Under the pieces are notes generated by a model, which had not been told where the DNA came from, searched no databases, and saw only the letters and a program-made list of their open reading frames with translations. Below are positions 49,093 through 60,377 of a stretch of 64,000 nt of DNA, in pieces; the first letter of the stretch is position 1; each line of letters starts with the position of its first letter. The translations under genes and the position numbers were made by a program. Source of the stretch: an uncultured Alphaproteobacteria bacterium (GTDB lineage Bacteria > Pseudomonadota > Alphaproteobacteria > HIMB59 > GCA-002718135); NCBI GenBank assembly GCA_902615625.1, contig CACMPM010000002.1, positions 28,472 through 92,471 on the forward strand. The letters run 5' to 3'.

Positions 49093-49833
49093 ATGACATT
49101 ATCAATTGTAGCAAGAGATACAAAAACTGGTGATTTTGGAGTTTGTGGATATACAGATATTGCAGGATATGGAAGTCTTGTTCCTCATGTAAGCTTAAAA
49201 TGCGCAGTTGCAACTCAAGCTTATGTTAATGTTGATAATGGAATTGAGATGCTTGAATTAGTAGATAAGAAATATAGCATAAAAAAATCAGGAAATAAAA
49301 TTATTGATAAGGACAAAAATAAGGACATGAGACAGATGATTGCAATTGGTATAAATAATTCAAAATTTGTATGGACTGGAAAGAATACTTTGGAATATAA
49401 ATCTTCTATTGTTGGTAATGACTATATTGTTGCTGGTAATTGCTTATCTTCTATTAACGTTTTAAAAAAAACAGCGTTATATTTTGAAAAAAATAGATCA
49501 GTAGATTTTCCATTAAGACTTATTAATTCAATTTTAGCTGGTGATAAAGCTGGTGGACATACAAAAAAAATTTCATATTATTCTCAAAAATTAAAAAAAA
49601 ATATTTCAAAATCTACAAAATCTGTTTTTGGTAATTCTTGGTCTTCTGCTTTAATTATTGCATCTAATAAACCTAAAATTTGGCATAATTTAAGAGTTGA
49701 TGCACATTCTGAGCCACTTAATGAGTTAAAAAAAATTCTTAATTCAACTATTAGTTCTGCTAAAAAGTTAAATAAATTTTATAATGGATCTATTGAAGTA
49801 AAACCAAATTATTGGAGAAAGATAATTAAATAA
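49093..49833 (+). CDS. DUF1028 family Ntn-hydrolase-like protein
   Basis: MTLSIVARD, VATQA, RQ, VAGNCL, SSAL, LRVDAH. Confidence 0.85.
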   Translation: MTLSIVARDTKTGDFGVCGYTDIAGYGSLVPHVSLKCAVATQAYVNVDNGIEMLELVDKKYSIKKSGNKIIDKDKNKDMRQMIAIGINNSKFVWTGKNTLEYKSSIVGNDYIVAGNCLSSINVLKKTALYFEKNRSVDFPLRLINSILAGDKAGGHTKKISYYSQKLKKNISKSTKSVFGNSWSSALIIASNKPKIWHNLRVDAHSEPLNELKKILNSTISSAKKLNKFYNGSIEVKPNYWRKIIK

Positions 49834-50875
49834 GATTTTTTTGTAAAAAATTATTCCAATTTTTATAAAATATTTTTTCAGTTAAAGTATTTGAATAACC
49901 TTTTCCAATAAAATATTTGTATAAATTTTCAATTTTTGAAAGATCTGATATTTCATTAGGTACAACCGCACCATCATAATCAGATCCAATTGCTACGTGA
50001 TCTTCTCCTAAAAACTTAAGTAAATGATCACAATGTTCAACTATTGCATCTAAAGATGTTTCTGGAATCATTCTACCATCTCTTCTTAAAAATGCTGTTG
50101 CAAAATTAATCCCAACAATTCCTTGGCTATTTTTAATAGTAGTTAACTGTTCATCAGTTAAATTTCTTGAGTGATTTGTTATAAAATGAGCATTAGAATG
50201 AGTTGCCATTAGAGGCTGTTTACTAATTTTTGCTACATCATAAAATCCTTTTTGATTTAAATGAGATAAATCAATTAAAATATGTTTTTCATCACATATT
50301 TTTACTAAATCTTTACCTAAATCAGTAAGGCCCTCACCTCTATCTGGACTACTTGGGTAACTAAATGGCACACCATTTGCAAAGATATTATTTCTACTCC
50401 ATACTAAACCAATTGATCTCAATCCTTTGTTATAAAGTTCATATAAATTTTTAAAATCTTTATCTATAGCTTCAGCACCTTCAATATGTAAAATAATTGC
50501 TATGTTATTATCAAGTATACATTCATTAATTTCTTTTCCAGAAGTGCATAATTTTATTTTATTATTAGACTGTAAAATTATATTATTTAAAATAGAAATC
50601 ATTTCATTTGTTGCATTTTTTGCATAAGTTTGATCAATTTTATTTGGTAAAGGAAAATCATATTTTTCATTGATCATTCTTTTAAAAAAATCATCATCTG
50701 GTTCTTCATTTGGAACGAATATTGCAAAAAAACCACCGCAGAAATTAGATTTTAAAATTTTTGGAAAATCTATGTGACAAAAATCATTGCCATTGAAAAA
50801 TTCTTTAGCTGAGTCTTTATTTTTTTCAAAATAAAATTTCAGTAAAACATCATTATGTCCATCAAAGTATTTCAT
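49826..50875 (-). CDS. Membrane dipeptidase (peptidase M19)
   Basis: DGHND, HIEGAE, IDLSH, ATHSN, GSDYDG. Confidence 0.92.
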   Translation of the reverse strand: MKYFDGHNDVLLKFYFEKNKDSAKEFFNGNDFCHIDFPKILKSNFCGGFFAIFVPNEEPDDDFFKRMINEKYDFPLPNKIDQTYAKNATNEMISILNNIILQSNNKIKLCTSGKEINECILDNNIAIILHIEGAEAIDKDFKNLYELYNKGLRSIGLVWSRNNIFANGVPFSYPSSPDRGEGLTDLGKDLVKICDEKHILIDLSHLNQKGFYDVAKISKQPLMATHSNAHFITNHSRNLTDEQLTTIKNSQGIVGINFATAFLRRDGRMIPETSLDAIVEHCDHLLKFLGEDHVAIGSDYDGAVVPNEISDLSKIENLYKYFIGKGYSNTLTEKIFYKNWNNFLQKNLI

Positions 50876-51965
50876 TTCTTATTCGTTTTATACTAATATT
50901 ATTAAGTGTTGAATTATCAATTAAAAAAACATTTTTTTTATTTAAAATAATATTAGCCGATATTTTTGCTAGTGCTGGAGATGTTTGTATTCCATATCCA
51001 CCTTGTGCAACAAGCCAAAAAAAATTTTTATTTGAATTTTCATATCCTATAACAGGTGATTTATCTTTAACAAAAGTTCTTAATCCTGACCATTTATTAT
51101 CAATATGATTAAACTTAAATTTAGTTGCTTTTTGTATACGATCTATACCTATAGCTATATCTAAATCATCAGGATGACAATCATGAGGGTAACTAGGTGT
51201 TTCATCAGCTGGTGAAGCATAAATTTGATCATTTTGATCTTTAAAATAAAATTTCTCTTCTATGTCAGCTACTAGAGGACAGTTGCTATCTATTTTTATA
51301 TTTTGTGGTTTAAAAACAAATACTGTTCTTATTTTAGGAACTACATTGACTGGTTTGATTTTAAACAACTTTGCAACTTCATCAGCCCAAGCACCAGAAG
51401 CATTTACAATAATATCAGATGATATTTCATTATTTAATATCCATTTATTATTTTTATATTCAACTAGATTAATATCAAAGTCAGTAAATATAAATCCATC
51501 ATTTTTATTATATTGCTTCCTATAATATTCATATAAATTATTAACATCAATCTCAGATGCATTAATATCAATAACAGAATTGTTAACATAATCTTCATTT
51601 AAGCAATTAGCTAATTTAATTGTTTCATTTTTGCTTAATAATTCTAACTTTACTTTATGTTTATGTTGATTATAAAAATCTTCTACAATAGTTTTTTGTT
51701 TATTATTCCCAATAAACATTACGCCTTTTTTCTTTAAAAAAAGATTAAAATTGTCATAAAAAAATTTTTTTGAAATTTTTGTTAATTCTATAATTGCATC
51801 GTTGCCGTAACTCTCAATAAAAAAAGCAAAAGATCTGCCAGTTGAGTGATAACTTAGTTGTTTTTCCTTTTCAATTATTGCTACTTTTCTTTCTTTGCTA
51901 ATTATGGAACCAAGTGAAATACCAGCAATTCCAGAACCAATAATTATTATATCATAATGTTTCAT
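50862..51965 (-). CDS. FAD-dependent oxidoreductase, DAO family (D-amino acid dehydrogenase-like)
   Basis: IIGSGIAG, YHSTGRS, NASGAWAD, WSGLRTF, GGYGIQTSPA. Confidence 0.88.
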   Translation of the reverse strand: MKHYDIIIIGSGIAGISLGSIISKERKVAIIEKEKQLSYHSTGRSFAFFIESYGNDAIIELTKISKKFFYDNFNLFLKKKGVMFIGNNKQKTIVEDFYNQHKHKVKLELLSKNETIKLANCLNEDYVNNSVIDINASEIDVNNLYEYYRKQYNKNDGFIFTDFDINLVEYKNNKWILNNEISSDIIVNASGAWADEVAKLFKIKPVNVVPKIRTVFVFKPQNIKIDSNCPLVADIEEKFYFKDQNDQIYASPADETPSYPHDCHPDDLDIAIGIDRIQKATKFKFNHIDNKWSGLRTFVKDKSPVIGYENSNKNFFWLVAQGGYGIQTSPALAKISANIILNKKNVFLIDNSTLNNISIKRIRNEIL

Positions 51966-52010
51966 ATAATTTTATTTCAAATATAATTAATTTATTCTAT
52001 TAATATTATT

Positions 52011-52949
52011 ATGAAATTAGATATAAAGTCAATTCACTCAGAACACCATCATTATGGTTGGAGTAATAAAAATGAACCAAAAGCAATAATAAAAAATGAT
52101 CAACTTATAGAATTAGAAACAATTGACTCATCAGGTGGTCAATTAAATAATTTATCAACTATTGAAGACATTAAAAATTTAGATTTTTCAAAAGTAAATC
52201 CTGTAACTGGACCTATGTATATTGAAAATTCAGAACCAGGAGACACTGTAGAAATTTCAATAGAGAAATTTGAAACATCTGGATGGGGTTGGACTGCTAA
52301 TATACCAGGCTTTGGTTTATTAAGTGATCAATTTAAAGATCCTGCAATCAATATTTGGAAATATAATAAAAGCAATCCTGTTGATAGTTTATTTTCAAAT
52401 TTTGCTTCAATACCATTGAAACCATTTGTTGGAACAATAGGTTTAGCACCTAAAGAAGAGGGTGTATTAAGTGTTGTTCCACCAAGAAATTTTGGTGGTA
52501 ATCTTGATATCAAAGAGGTGTATGAAGGTACAAAACTTTACTTACCTGTGCAAGTAAGTGGAAGTTTACTTTCTCTTGGAGACACGCATGCCGCTCAAGG
52601 AGATGGTGAAGTTTGCGGAACAGCAATTGAAAGTCCTATGAAAGTCTTAATAAAAACTAAATTACACAAAAATAAAAAAATTGATTCACCATTTTTAGAA
52701 ACCAATCATACACCTTTGCTAAAAAAAAATATTGGATCATTTATAACTACTGGAATTGGTGAAGATTTATATGTTGCATCTAAAGAAGCTGTTTCACGAA
52801 TGATAGATTATTTAACTAAAAATATAAAAATAAAAGATATAGATGCATATATGCTTTGTAGTGTAGCTGGTAATTTAAAAATAAGTGAAATAGTAGATGT
52901 GCCTAACTGGGTAGTTAGTTTTGAGATTTCTAAATCAATTTTTGATTGA
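52011..52949 (+). CDS. Acetamidase/formamidase family protein
   Basis: NPVTGP, GGNLD, GDTHAAQGDGEVCGTAIE, AYMLCS. Confidence 0.92.
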   Translation: MKLDIKSIHSEHHHYGWSNKNEPKAIIKNDQLIELETIDSSGGQLNNLSTIEDIKNLDFSKVNPVTGPMYIENSEPGDTVEISIEKFETSGWGWTANIPGFGLLSDQFKDPAINIWKYNKSNPVDSLFSNFASIPLKPFVGTIGLAPKEEGVLSVVPPRNFGGNLDIKEVYEGTKLYLPVQVSGSLLSLGDTHAAQGDGEVCGTAIESPMKVLIKTKLHKNKKIDSPFLETNHTPLLKKNIGSFITTGIGEDLYVASKEAVSRMIDYLTKNIKIKDIDAYMLCSVAGNLKISEIVDVPNWVVSFEISKSIFD

Positions 52950-54170
52950 TTATTCTTTTAGTAATTCTTTTGTAACATTATAAAGTAAATTTAATCCTTT
53001 TTTTATATCACTTTTTTTTGTATTTTCTTTACTATCATGACTTATTCCTTTTTCACTTGGCACAAAAATCATTGAAGTAGGGCATATATTTGCTAACATT
53101 TGAGCGTCATGGCCAGCACCACTAAATAATTCAAGATAAGTATATTTCAGTTTTTTTGATTTATTTATTATTACTTTGTTAATTTTTTTATTAAATTTAA
53201 CAGAAGGAAAATTAACTAATTTTTCTATTTTATATTTTATATTGTTAGCTAAACATAATTCTTTTATTTTTATATTTAAATTATTCTCAAATTGAACTAG
53301 TTTTTTATCATTTGGATTCCGTATATCTAAAGTAAATTCAATTTTATTTGCAATAACATTTACTTGATTAGGCTCAATATTTAATGATCCTATTGTTATC
53401 ATTTGCTGATTTCTATCACTTTTCAAAGAATTTATATAACTACTTACTTCTCCAAAAACTTTAATTGGATCTCTCCTATTACTCATAGGAGTAGTCCCTG
53501 CATGATTCGATTTTCCATATAAGACAACTTTTAACCAAGTAATAGCCTGAACTCCTTTGACTATACCAATATTTTTTTTCTCGATATCTAAAATTGGACC
53601 TTGCTCAATATGTAATTCTAAAAACATTTTAGGTTTAAAAAATAATTGTTTTTCTTTTCCTAAATATTTAATTTTTTTTAATGCATCTTTGATAGTTATA
53701 TTATTATTGTCTTTAATATTATAAATTTTATTTATATTTTCTCTTTTAGTAAATGACCAACTTCCCATCATATCTGGAGTAAACCTAACACCTTCTTCAT
53801 TAGTAAATATTGCTATACCAATTGGTTTATTGGTTATATTGTTCTTAATTAACGTTTCTAATACTTCTAATGCACCAATTACACCTAATGATCCATCAAA
53901 TCTTCCTGCATTTCTAACTGTATCAATATGTGAACCAAGTAAAAGAGGTTTGGTATTTTTCTTAAAATTATAAAAACCAAAAATATTACCTATATTATCA
54001 ATTTTGATTGTAAGATTAAGATTTTTCATCCATTTAATTATCTTATCCCTAGCTATTTTATCTTCTAGTGTAAGCGCAATTCTATTAATATTTATTTTTT
54101 CAAAAGATTTATTTTTCAAATTATTAATATCTTCTAAGCGTTTAAAAAATCTTTTAAAATTTATAGCCAT
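52950..54170 (-). CDS. M20 N-carbamoyl-L-amino acid amidohydrolase (HyuC/AllC-like)
   Basis: GSHIDTV, NEEGVRF, ELHIEQGP, NHAGTTPM, SGAGHDA. Confidence 0.92.
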   Translation of the reverse strand: MAINFKRFFKRLEDINNLKNKSFEKININRIALTLEDKIARDKIIKWMKNLNLTIKIDNIGNIFGFYNFKKNTKPLLLGSHIDTVRNAGRFDGSLGVIGALEVLETLIKNNITNKPIGIAIFTNEEGVRFTPDMMGSWSFTKRENINKIYNIKDNNNITIKDALKKIKYLGKEKQLFFKPKMFLELHIEQGPILDIEKKNIGIVKGVQAITWLKVVLYGKSNHAGTTPMSNRRDPIKVFGEVSSYINSLKSDRNQQMITIGSLNIEPNQVNVIANKIEFTLDIRNPNDKKLVQFENNLNIKIKELCLANNIKYKIEKLVNFPSVKFNKKINKVIINKSKKLKYTYLELFSGAGHDAQMLANICPTSMIFVPSEKGISHDSKENTKKSDIKKGLNLLYNVTKELLKE

Positions 54171-54283
54171 CTTTTCTTATAAACTTGTTAGTTATTGTAT
54201 AATTATTATTTAATGGTAATTATTTTTATCAGGTTTAATTAAAGGAGCAATTAAATAAATTTTTAAGTTTAAAGGAGATAAAA

Positions 54284-54568
54284 ATGACTGTGGCAAGAAT
54301 AACAACTATTAATTTCAAATCTAAAGAAGATGCCGATGAATCTATTAAAGATTATTCAGAAAAAGCACCAAGTGAATTTCCAGAAGCACATCAATTATTA
54401 CAAATTCGTGCAAGTGATACAACTGTAATGGCGGTTTCTTTATATGCTGATAATGATGCAATGGAGCGAGCTTCAGCTGCTAGATCTAAAAGAATGAGTA
54501 ATAATGAAAAAACATTTGATGTTGTAGATACAAAGACTGGTGAAGTAACATTGAATCATAAAAATTAA
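54284..54568 (+). CDS. Hypothetical protein, 94 aa
   Basis: AAGGAG RBS; ABM/ferredoxin-like alternating pattern. Confidence 0.75.
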   Translation: MTVARITTINFKSKEDADESIKDYSEKAPSEFPEAHQLLQIRASDTTVMAVSLYADNDAMERASAARSKRMSNNEKTFDVVDTKTGEVTLNHKN

Positions 54569-54575
54569 ATTAGGA

Positions 54576-54652
54576 GTGCCCGTAGCTCAGTAGGATAGAG
54601 CACCAGATTCCTAATCTGGGGGCCGCATGTTCGAATCATGCCGGGCACGCCA
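54576..54652 (+). tRNA. tRNA-Arg(CCT)
   Basis: Acceptor GTGCCCG/CGGGCAC + GCCA; D arm GCTC/GAGC; anticodon arm CCAGA-TTCCTAA-TCTGG; T loop TTCGAAT. Confidence 0.97.
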
Positions 54653-54655
54653 TAG

Positions 54656-55423
54656 ATGACATATAAATTTACAAATGCAATTGTTAGAAAACCAAATAAG
54701 AGTATTCATAATGCATTGAGTTCACAGTATTTACATCCAAGTTATGAAAAAATATTAGAGATACATAAAAATTATATAACTGCCATTAAAGAAGCAGGAT
54801 TAAATACAATTTTATTAGATAGCTTAGAAAAATATCCGGACAGTATTTTTGTTGAAGATCCTGCTCTTATCTTCAAAAATAATATTATTATATTAAAACC
54901 AAGCGAATTTACACGAAAGGATGAGGCAATAATAATTAAAAAAGAAATAAGTAAATACTTTGAAAAAATTTTTGTTGTTGAAAAGGGTGCAATAGAAGGT
55001 GGAGATATATTAAATATTAATAATCATTTTATTATAGGTTTATCAAATAGAACTGATAAATTAGGGGCAGAAAATTTATCTAATATACTTATCTCACTTG
55101 GTGCTACTGTGGAAGTATGTCAAACACCAAAAGATATTCTTCATTTTAAGTCTGAATGCAGTTTATTGGATGATGATATAATTTTAGTAAGTAATAGAAT
55201 GTCTAAATTAGATTATTTAAAAAAAAATTATAAATTAATTGAATTACCTTTAGGTGAAGAAAATGCAGCTAACTGTATTAGAATTAATAATAAATTATTA
55301 ATTCCAGATGGTTTTAATAAAACTGAGGAAATTTTATCTAAAAATTTTAATATCATTAAAATTAATATTGATGAAATATCAATGGTTGATGCGGGTTTAA
55401 GTTGTATGAGTCTTAGATGGTAA
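54656..55423 (+). CDS. Dimethylarginine dimethylaminohydrolase (DDAH) family, pentein fold
   Basis: PDSIFVED, EGGD, GLSNRT, LHFKS, C-terminal LSCMSLR. Confidence 0.88.
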   Translation: MTYKFTNAIVRKPNKSIHNALSSQYLHPSYEKILEIHKNYITAIKEAGLNTILLDSLEKYPDSIFVEDPALIFKNNIIILKPSEFTRKDEAIIIKKEISKYFEKIFVVEKGAIEGGDILNINNHFIIGLSNRTDKLGAENLSNILISLGATVEVCQTPKDILHFKSECSLLDDDIILVSNRMSKLDYLKKNYKLIELPLGEENAANCIRINNKLLIPDGFNKTEEILSKNFNIIKINIDEISMVDAGLSCMSLRW

Positions 55424-56088
55424 AAAACTTTATTTACATATTAAAACTTAAAAAAATCCCCAAATTATACTGGAGCTCTCCTTATGAATATAATCTTAAA
55501 CCAAAAAAAATAACAATTTTTTATTTAATTTTAGGACTTATACTCTTCGGCTTTGGTGAAGCGTTATTAATCACTGCAAATTTGGGAGTTTCACCTTGGT
55601 TTGTGTTACATCAGGGATTAGCGTTTAAAACTGGTTACACAATAGGTATTACAACATTTTTTGTAAGTATTGCAGTATTATTGATTTGGTTTCCACTAAA
55701 ACAAAAACCGGGCATTGGAACAATATTAAATGCTATTTTAATTTCTGTGATTTTGGATCTTTCATTAATCTATCTTCCTTATCCAAAGGATTTCATATTT
55801 CAATTTATACAGGTATTAATTGGTATTTTCATAATAGGTATTGGAAGTGGTTTTTATTTAGCTGCAAATTTAGGACCTGGTCCAAGAGATGGACTCATGA
55901 CTGGCTTAAATAAACAAACTAATTTTTCAATTTCATTTATTAGAACATTACTTGAACTATCTGCAGTGGGTATAGGATTTTTTTTAGGTGGAAAAGTTGG
56001 AATTGGAACACTGATATACGCAATAGGAATAGGTTTTTCAGTATCTTTAGGTTTATTTTTTGTTGGTAAAATTTATAGGAAAAATTAA
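55417..56088 (+). CDS. YczE/YitT family membrane protein
   Basis: LGVSPW..LHQG, PGIGTILN, LGPGPRDGLM, VGIGT. Confidence 0.88.
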   Translation: MVKNFIYILKLKKIPKLYWSSPYEYNLKPKKITIFYLILGLILFGFGEALLITANLGVSPWFVLHQGLAFKTGYTIGITTFFVSIAVLLIWFPLKQKPGIGTILNAILISVILDLSLIYLPYPKDFIFQFIQVLIGIFIIGIGSGFYLAANLGPGPRDGLMTGLNKQTNFSISFIRTLLELSAVGIGFFLGGKVGIGTLIYAIGIGFSVSLGLFFVGKIYRKN

Positions 56089-56180
56089 ATTTAACTATTA
56101 TTTATTAATAATTTTAATCTTAAACCATTAAGTATTTTATTTTCATAAATTTTGTTTCGATTATACTTAATTGAACAATA

Positions 56181-56975
56181 ATGGACAAACTACTGCAAAG
56201 ATCAAATGGAAAAATAAATATAGAATTACTAGATAATGATTTTTCAAAATTTTTTCAAAGTGGTTGTTGTAAAATCTTAAATCCAAAAAATTATAATGAA
56301 TTTAAAGAATTAGTTTTAATTAATACGGCAGGAGGCATTACTTGTAATGACAATATTGATATTAACGCTAATATCAATAATTCTAAACTAAGTATTTGTA
56401 CACAAGCTGCAGAAAAAATTTATGCAGGAATTGGTGACCCTGCTAGAGTAGAAATAAATATCAATTTAAATAATTCTACTATGTATTGGTTACCAAAAGA
56501 ATTAATTTTATTTGATAATGCAAAATTAAGAAGAAATATCAATATTAATCTATCAGATAATTCTAATTTGATTTTTTGTGAAACAACAATTTTTGGAAGA
56601 AAAGCAATGTCTGAAAAAATTAAAAATATTTCTTTTTCTGATCAATGGAAAATTTATTCAAATTCTTCCATAAAGCATTTTGAAGCAATTAATATTAAAG
56701 GATCAACGATTGATAATTTCAAAAACAATTACACTTTTTCTAATCAATCATCTTTATCAACAATTTTAATTTTTGGTGATATTGTTCATCAACTAGAGTC
56801 TGTATTAAGAAAAGTTAAAAAAAACTTAGAAAATCACTTTTGTGAAATGACAAAATTTGATGATAAAATTATCATTAGATGTTTAGCAGATGATAATTAT
56901 GATTTAAAAAAAACACTAAATATTATTATGAAAAATGTAATAAATGATAAACTACCAAAAAGTTGGGATCTATAA
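56181..56975 (+). CDS. ureD: Urease accessory protein UreD
   Basis: LINTAGG, TQAAEKIY, WLP.E.I.F, FGR.AM.E; position in operon. Confidence 0.92.
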   Translation: MDKLLQRSNGKINIELLDNDFSKFFQSGCCKILNPKNYNEFKELVLINTAGGITCNDNIDINANINNSKLSICTQAAEKIYAGIGDPARVEININLNNSTMYWLPKELILFDNAKLRRNININLSDNSNLIFCETTIFGRKAMSEKIKNISFSDQWKIYSNSSIKHFEAINIKGSTIDNFKNNYTFSNQSSLSTILIFGDIVHQLESVLRKVKKNLENHFCEMTKFDDKIIIRCLADDNYDLKKTLNIIMKNVINDKLPKSWDL

Positions 56976-57278
56976 ATGAAATTAACACCAAGAGAAAAAG
57001 ATAAGTTGATGGTCAGTATGGCAGCTAATGTTGCTAGAAAACGTCTAGAAAGAGGTGTTAAACTTAATTATCCAGAAGCTATAGCGTTGATAACAGATTT
57101 TGTCATAGAAGGTGCAAGAGATGGAAAAATGGTATCAGAATTAATGGAAACAGGAGCTTACGTAATAAAAAAAGAAGATTGTATGGATGGTATTCCAGAT
57201 ATGATTCCAGAAGTACAAGTTGAAGCTACATTTCCAGATGGAACAAAATTAGTAACAGTACATAAACCGATTAGATAA
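56976..57278 (+). CDS. ureA: Urease gamma subunit
   Basis: [33 protein letters not shown]. Confidence 0.98.
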   Translation: MKLTPREKDKLMVSMAANVARKRLERGVKLNYPEAIALITDFVIEGARDGKMVSELMETGAYVIKKEDCMDGIPDMIPEVQVEATFPDGTKLVTVHKPIR

Positions 57279-57586
57279 TGAAACCTGGAGAAATAATAAC
57301 AAAGCAAAATAGTGATATTAATTTGAACGATGAAAGACAATCAATAACTTTAAAAGTTTCAAATAGTGGAGATCGACCAATTCAAGTTGGTAGTCATTAT
57401 CATTTTGCCGAAACAAATGAATATTTAAAATTTGATAGAGAAAAATCAAATGGTATGCGTTTAGATATACCATCTGGCACAGCTGTTCGGTTTGAACCTG
57501 GTCAATCAAAAGATGTAGAATTAATTCAAATTAGAGGAAATAGAAAGATATTTGGTTTTAATAAAAAAGTTATGGGTAAATTATAA
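57278..57586 (+). CDS. ureB: Urease beta subunit
   Basis: [28 protein letters not shown]. Confidence 0.98.
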   Translation: MKPGEIITKQNSDINLNDERQSITLKVSNSGDRPIQVGSHYHFAETNEYLKFDREKSNGMRLDIPSGTAVRFEPGQSKDVELIQIRGNRKIFGFNKKVMGKL

Positions 57587-59292
57587 TGAAAAAAATAAAA
57601 AGAGAAGCTTATGCCGATATGTATGGGCCAACAACTGGTGATAAAGTTAGACTTGCTGATACTGAATTATTTATTGAAGTGGAAAAAGATTTAACAACTT
57701 ATGGAGAAGAGGTAAAATTTGGTGGAGGAAAAGTTATTAGAGATGGAATGGGACAATCTCAAGTATCTCGCAAATACGGTGCTGTTGATACAGTTATAAC
57801 AAATGCCTTAATAGTAGATGTAAATGGAATTTATAAAGCTGATATTGGTCTTAAGGATGGCTTAATTAATGAAATTGGTAAGGCTGGTAATCCAGATACA
57901 CAACCTAATGTAAATATTATTATTGGACCTGGAACAGAAATAATTGCTGGTGAAGGCAAAATTATAACAGCTGGTGGTTTTGATAGTCATATTCATTTTA
58001 TTTGTCCTCAACAAATAGATGATGCACTTCATTCTGGTATTACAACTATGTTGGGAGGAGGAACTGGTCCTGCACATGGTACTTTAGCTACTACAGTTAC
58101 ACCTGGACCATGGCATATAGAGAAAATGATACAATCAGCAGATGCTTTTTCCATGAACTTAGCTTTTGCAGGAAAAGGAAATAGTTCTTTACCTAAAGCT
58201 CTTGAAGAACAAGTAATTGCCGGTGCATCTTCATTAAAACTACATGAAGATTGGGGTACAACTCCCGCAGCAATAGATAATTGTTTAAATGTAGCTGATG
58301 ACCATGATATCCAAGTTATGATTCACACAGATACATTAAATGAAAGTGGTTTTGTGGAAAGCACAATTAAAGCAATTAATGGAAGAACAATTCATGCTTT
58401 TCATACTGAAGGAGCTGGTGGTGGTCATGCACCTGATATTATAAAAGTTTGTGGTGAACAATATGTTATTCCTTCTTCTACTAACCCAACAAGACCTTAC
58501 ACGGTAAATACAGTTGAAGAACATTTAGATATGTTAATGGTTTGTCATCACTTGGATAAATCAATACCTGAAGATGTTGCTTTTGCTGAAAGTCGTATTC
58601 GAAAAGAAACAATTGCAGCAGAAGATATACTGCATGACATGGGTGCTTTTTCAATTATTGCTTCTGATAGTCAAGCTATGGGTCGTGTTGGTGAGGTTAT
58701 TATTAGAACATGGCAAACAGCACATAAAATGAAAGTTCAACGTGGACAATTAAAAGAAGAGCAGGGTGATAACGACAATGTAAGAGTTAAAAGATACATT
58801 GCTAAATATACAATTAATCCTGCAATTGCCCATGGTATTTCCGAACATATTGGAAGTGTTGAAAAAAATAAACGTGCTGATATTGTTATTTGGGATACTG
58901 CCTTTTTTGGCGTTAAACCTGAAATGGTTTTACAAGGTGGAAGTATTGCTTGCGCACAAATGGGTGATCCTAATGCATCTATACCAACACCACAACCAGT
59001 GTACTCAAGACCAATGTTTTCTTCCTTTGGAAAATCATTAGAAAAATCTACTGTCACTTTTGTAAGTAAAGTTTGTTTAGATAAATCTTCATTTAAAAAC
59101 TCTGGTGTAAGTAAATCTTTGTTACCCGTTAAAAATATTAGAAAAATTTCTAAAAAAGACATGATATTAAATGATTATTGTCCAAAAATAGAAGTTAATC
59201 CAGAAACCTATGAAGTTTTAGCAGATGGTGAGTTAATTACTTGCGAGCCAGCCAAAACATTACCGTTGGCTCAACGTTATTTCATGTATTAA
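57586..59292 (+). CDS. ureC: Urease alpha subunit
   Basis: [44 protein letters not shown]. Confidence 0.99.
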   Translation: MKKIKREAYADMYGPTTGDKVRLADTELFIEVEKDLTTYGEEVKFGGGKVIRDGMGQSQVSRKYGAVDTVITNALIVDVNGIYKADIGLKDGLINEIGKAGNPDTQPNVNIIIGPGTEIIAGEGKIITAGGFDSHIHFICPQQIDDALHSGITTMLGGGTGPAHGTLATTVTPGPWHIEKMIQSADAFSMNLAFAGKGNSSLPKALEEQVIAGASSLKLHEDWGTTPAAIDNCLNVADDHDIQVMIHTDTLNESGFVESTIKAINGRTIHAFHTEGAGGGHAPDIIKVCGEQYVIPSSTNPTRPYTVNTVEEHLDMLMVCHHLDKSIPEDVAFAESRIRKETIAAEDILHDMGAFSIIASDSQAMGRVGEVIIRTWQTAHKMKVQRGQLKEEQGDNDNVRVKRYIAKYTINPAIAHGISEHIGSVEKNKRADIVIWDTAFFGVKPEMVLQGGSIACAQMGDPNASIPTPQPVYSRPMFSSFGKSLEKSTVTFVSKVCLDKSSFKNSGVSKSLLPVKNIRKISKKDMILNDYCPKIEVNPETYEVLADGELITCEPAKTLPLAQRYFMY

Positions 59293-59293
59293 A

Positions 59294-59740
59294 ATGCAAA
59301 CTTCTTTAAAAATAATTTATCACAATCATAATAATAAAGATTTATTGGATGAAATTTCATTATCCTATGAAGAAAGATTTATTCGTAGAAAAAAACTTAT
59401 AGCAAATAATGGTACTGAATTTTTAGTTAATCTTGAAGAAACAGTAAGTGTTGATGAAAATCATTTTTTTGAATTAGAAAATGGTAAAATAATTAAAGTA
59501 TTATCTAAGGAAGAAAATTTAATTGAAATAACGGGTGATAATTTAAAGCAAATCATATGGCATATAGGAAATAGACATCTACCGTGTCAAATTGAAGAAA
59601 ATAGAATTCTTATTCAAGATGATGCTGTAATTCTTGATATGATTTTAAAATTACATGGAAATGTAAAAAAAGTTTTTGAAAAATTTAAACCAGAGGGTGG
59701 TGCTTATGGTATGGGTAGAACACACAGCCACAAACATTAA
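59294..59740 (+). CDS. ureE: Urease accessory protein UreE
   Basis: WHIGNRH, PEGGAY, short His tail. Confidence 0.93.
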   Translation: MQTSLKIIYHNHNNKDLLDEISLSYEERFIRRKKLIANNGTEFLVNLEETVSVDENHFFELENGKIIKVLSKEENLIEITGDNLKQIIWHIGNRHLPCQIEENRILIQDDAVILDMILKLHGNVKKVFEKFKPEGGAYGMGRTHSHKH

Positions 59741-59741
59741 A

Positions 59742-60377
59742 ATGAAAACATTTAAAGATCCTCATCAAATATTACAAGTATGGTTTTCATCCTCTTTTCC
59801 TATTGGTTCTTATGCATACTCTCATGGTTTAGAAGCACTGATAGATGATAAAAAAATTAAAAATAAAGATGATGTGAAAGAATTTTTAGATGCTCTTTTA
59901 TTTTATGGCACAATAAGAAATGATTATATTTTTATAAAGTCTGTTTACAAAGGTGAGGAAATTAATGAATTAATCTTAGCAAGTGCTTCTTCGAAAGAAA
60001 GGCAAATAGAAATGATAGATATGGGAAATTCTTTTTGTAAAATTATGAAAGATAGTTGGGAATTATCTCTACCCGAAAATTCATCGTTTATATATTGTTT
60101 GGCGAAAGCTGGATTATATTTTGATATTAAGTTTGATGATTTAATTACGTTTTACTTACAGTCATTTATTTCTAATTTAATAAATGTATGTGTAAAACAT
60201 ATACCAATGTCACAAAAAGATGGACAAGGTCTTAATGTTAATTTTATTAATAAAATTCAAGATTTTTTGACTCATGCAGAGAAACTGACTCTTAGAGATG
60301 TAGGTTCAACTTTTTTTATTGGTGATATTTTTGCCATTAAGCACGAAAATCTAGACTCAAGGATCTATCTAACGTGA
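59742..60377 (+). CDS. ureF: Urease accessory protein UreF
   Basis: [27 protein letters not shown]; ATG at 59742. Confidence 0.93.
   Translation: MKTFKDPHQILQVWFSSSFPIGSYAYSHGLEALIDDKKIKNKDDVKEFLDALLFYGTIRNDYIFIKSVYKGEEINELILASASSKERQIEMIDMGNSFCKIMKDSWELSLPENSSFIYCLAKAGLYFDIKFDDLITFYLQSFISNLINVCVKHIPMSQKDGQGLNVNFINKIQDFLTHAEKLTLRDVGSTFFIGDIFAIKHENLDSRIYLT

Noticed and set aside
54576-54652. tRNA as the attachment site of an integrated element
   Set aside because: No integrase, no duplicated tRNA 3' end and no obvious compositional break seen in the window
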